DNA from: Bacilli bacterium
GTDB lineage: Bacteria; Bacillota_I; Bacilli_A; RF39; UBA660
Assembly: GCA_036658935.1 (NCBI GenBank)
Contig: JAVXDN010000002.1
Location: 1 to 39,507, forward strand
DNA: 39,507 nt
Direction of reading: 5' to 3'
Part shown: piece by piece, positions 37,648 to 39,507 of the stretch
How the letters are laid out: every line of letters begins with the position of its first letter
Numbering within the stretch: position 1 is the first letter of the stretch
Translations under genes and position numbers: made by a program
The notes under the pieces: generated by a model
Seen by the model: only the letters and a program-made list of their open reading frames with translations
Told to the model about the DNA's origin: nothing
Databases searched by the model: none

Positions 37648-37923
37648 ATGAAAGGTGCAACAGAGGAACTAAATATGACAGTAATTGCAGTAGTTGCAGT
37701 CGCTGCAGTCGCAGCGTTATTCTATGCATTCGTATGGCCAATGATTCAAAGAAGTATAGCAGATAATACATGTCAAACTTACGGAGAAGGATTCCATGCA
37801 GTAAAGAACACTGCAACTGGTGGTGGAGATGCAGGAACAGGAGCAAGCAAAACAAGCAAATGGGTATGTTGTCCAAAAGGAGTAACATCTGCCTCAGATT
37901 CATCTTGTGTAGCCGCTGACTAA
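37648..37923 (+). CDS. Candidate major pilin (Flp/type IV-like, atypically long and Cys-containing)
   Basis: MKG|ATEELNMTVIAVVAVAAVAALFYAFVWPMI: a short basic leader ending in Gly, acidic residues just after it, then a ~22-residue hydrophobic helix. The C-terminal part is Gly/Ser/Thr-rich with 4 Cys (C42, C74, C75, C87). Its position after tadC is as in Tad loci. Confidence 0.6.
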   Translation: MKGATEELNMTVIAVVAVAAVAALFYAFVWPMIQRSIADNTCQTYGEGFHAVKNTATGGGDAGTGASKTSKWVCCPKGVTSASDSSCVAAD

Positions 37924-37944
37924 AGAAAAAGGAAGTATTATAAA

Positions 37945-38436
37945 TTGAAAGAATCAATAGGTGGAACTTGGTTATTAGGCTTAGTGGTACTATTTATAGT
38001 ACTTTTTTCTGCTTTCTTAGCAATCTCAATAAATTATACAAAAGCATTTAAAGTAAAAAATCAAATAATAAATATAATAGAACAAAATGAAGGATACTCT
38101 AATAGTAGTAAAAGAAACTTATCAAGTGTAAGTGATTCAGAACTTAGAAGTAGTAAAAATACAGAAGATAAAGTATATTTATATATAAGAAGTATAGGTT
38201 ATGCATCTGAAAGTATAAGTCAAAATAAATGTAATGGTATTGGAGATAAAGAAGAAGGTGGATACTGTATACAAAGAATATGTACAGAGAATGGTAGTTA
38301 CTATAAAGTAACATCATTTGTTAAAATAGAACTTCCACTTATGTGGCAATCATTCACTGTACCTATAAGTGGAGAAACAAAAGCTATATACAAAGATAAT
38401 AGTAATTTATCAGGTCCATCTCATAGAGGATGTTAA
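37945..38436 (+). CDS. Small N-terminally anchored protein; candidate minor pilin (TadE-like)
   Basis: TTG start. The encoded MKESIGG leader matches MKESLWG of ORF 33409-33822. Hydrophobic helix, then a soluble domain with 4 Cys. Confidence 0.45.
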   Translation: MKESIGGTWLLGLVVLFIVLFSAFLAISINYTKAFKVKNQIINIIEQNEGYSNSSKRNLSSVSDSELRSSKNTEDKVYLYIRSIGYASESISQNKCNGIGDKEEGGYCIQRICTENGSYYKVTSFVKIELPLMWQSFTVPISGETKAIYKDNSNLSGPSHRGC

Positions 38437-38446
38437 GGAGTAAAAT

Positions 38447-39469
38447 ATGAATGTAATAATTGCAAATAAATATAAAGAAATGTTAATGACTCTAGATATT
38501 GAAGTAATGAAATCAATGGAAGGAGTATTTGACTCAAACTTAATAGTAGAAACATTTAAAAACTTTTATTATGAAAGAATGATACTCGATATTACCGCTA
38601 TTAAAGATTATAAAAATATAAGTACATTACAAAACTTATCTATAAACTTAGATGCTTCTAAGATTATATTAGTATTGGATGATTCTCCTGAAAGTGAATC
38701 TTCTATATATTTATCATCATTAATATCTATGGGATTTTATAACTTTACTAGAAATATAGAAGGAATAAAATATTTGATTGAACATCCAAACTCATACAGA
38801 GATGTCGCTCATATACATAAACTTGGATTAGAAGAACAAACATCTCTTCCAAACAACCTTAATAATAATATAGAAGATTCTATTAGTTCAAGAGTACGAA
38901 TAATAGGAATAAAAGACTTAACAGAACATTCAGGATCTACAACACTATCATATTTACTAAATAAACACTTAATGAAAAAATATACTTCATGTGCTGTAGA
39001 AGTCAATAAAGAAGACTTTGTATACTTTGAAGATAAAAGCTTAATAAGTACAACATCTAATGATCTAGCTGCCTGCTTAATGAAAAACAATACATTAGAT
39101 GCAATCATTATAGACTTAAATGATTATAAAGATGAATCTATTTGTAATGAAATTATATATTTAATTGAACCATCAATATTAAAATTAAATAAATTAGTAA
39201 AAAGAAATAGAAGAGTATTTGAAAATATAGAAAACAGACGCTTAGTATTAAATATGTCTTTACTTAATGATACAGACATAAAAGAATTTGAAAAAGAAAT
39301 AAACAACGAATTATACTTTGTCTTACCACCATTAAATGATAGAGATGAAGATAATATTGATATAGATAATTTATTAGTTAAATTAGGTTTTATTAAATTA
39401 GGAACTAATATTACTACAGATAAAAAAGAAAATACAAAAAATAAATTATTTGGATTATTTAAATTCTAA
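38447..39469 (+). CDS. TadZ/CpaE-like protein: receiver-like N-domain plus MinD/ParA-like domain with a degenerate P-loop
   Basis: N-terminal alternating beta/alpha pattern (NVIIAN, MILDIT, KIILVLDD). The second domain has RIIGIKDLTEHSGSTTLSYLL where MinD/CpaE proteins have KGGxGK[ST]T, and DAIIIDLN as a Walker-B-like strand. Confidence 0.5.
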   Translation: MNVIIANKYKEMLMTLDIEVMKSMEGVFDSNLIVETFKNFYYERMILDITAIKDYKNISTLQNLSINLDASKIILVLDDSPESESSIYLSSLISMGFYNFTRNIEGIKYLIEHPNSYRDVAHIHKLGLEEQTSLPNNLNNNIEDSISSRVRIIGIKDLTEHSGSTTLSYLLNKHLMKKYTSCAVEVNKEDFVYFEDKSLISTTSNDLAACLMKNNTLDAIIIDLNDYKDESICNEIIYLIEPSILKLNKLVKRNRRVFENIENRRLVLNMSLLNDTDIKEFEKEINNELYFVLPPLNDRDEDNIDIDNLLVKLGFIKLGTNITTDKKENTKNKLFGLFKF

Positions 39470-39477
39470 AAAACTGG

Positions 39478-39507
39478 TTGACTTACCCTTATTATAAATT
39501 ATATAAT
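39478..39507 (+). promoter_or_regulatory. Sigma-A-like promoter for a gene beyond the window
   Basis: TTGACT (39478-39483), 18-bp spacer, TATAAT (39502-39507, at the window edge). Confidence 0.4.

Noticed and set aside
37532-37957. 141-aa minus-strand ORF antisense to the pilin gene.
   Set aside because: It is a shadow ORF of an Ala/Val-rich coding region. It has a Leu/His/Gln-rich low-complexity translation and no RBS, and it spans a promoter and two plus-strand genes.
28875-39469. The pilus locus as part of a mobile element, phage or ICE.
   Set aside because: No integrase, recombinase, relaxase, phage structural gene or flanking direct repeat is visible in the window. Only the structured junction at 28651-28790 hints at a boundary.

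Overview
The window is a very AT-rich, Gram-positive (Firmicutes-like, possibly Erysipelotrichia/Clostridia-type) chromosomal segment. I recognised no rRNA, tRNA, CRISPR array, transposase or integrase. Reading left to right: (1) two related secreted beta-sandwich proteins, one with a TasA/camelysin-type (SipW-style) signal peptide; (2) a minus-strand NitT/TauT-type ABC importer operon; (3) a housekeeping block with a nucleoside 2-deoxyribosyltransferase-like gene, pcrA and ligA; (4) a cell-envelope block with a sensor that has a degenerate GGDEF domain, a YihY/BrkB membrane protein, an LtaS-family synthase, an LCP transferase, a membrane-anchored cohesin protein next to a dockerin-bearing peptidoglycan hydrolase, a TagO/WecA-like transferase and a HAD hydrolase; (5) an orphan AAA ATPase (DUF4143 type) preceded by four 15-bp direct repeats at an exact 23-bp period; (6) pyruvate:ferredoxin oxidoreductase; (7) the most interesting part, a ~10.6-kb same-strand locus (28875-39469) encoding a Tad/type IVc-like pilus machine. 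The recognisable machine genes are cpaB-like, tadA/cpaF-like ATPase, tadB-like and tadC-like. Several parts of this locus are non-canonical. The candidate pilin is 91 aa with four Cys, a 3-residue candidate leader and its own consensus promoter. Two paralogous MKES-initiated, N-terminally anchored proteins are candidate minor pilins. A TadZ/MinD-like protein has a degenerate P-loop and sits at the 3' end. A 5' module has two paralogous type-I membrane proteins and a 1067-aa Cys-rich secreted protein with no family I can name. No prepilin peptidase lies in the window. All family calls come from motif recognition by eye; no searches were run.
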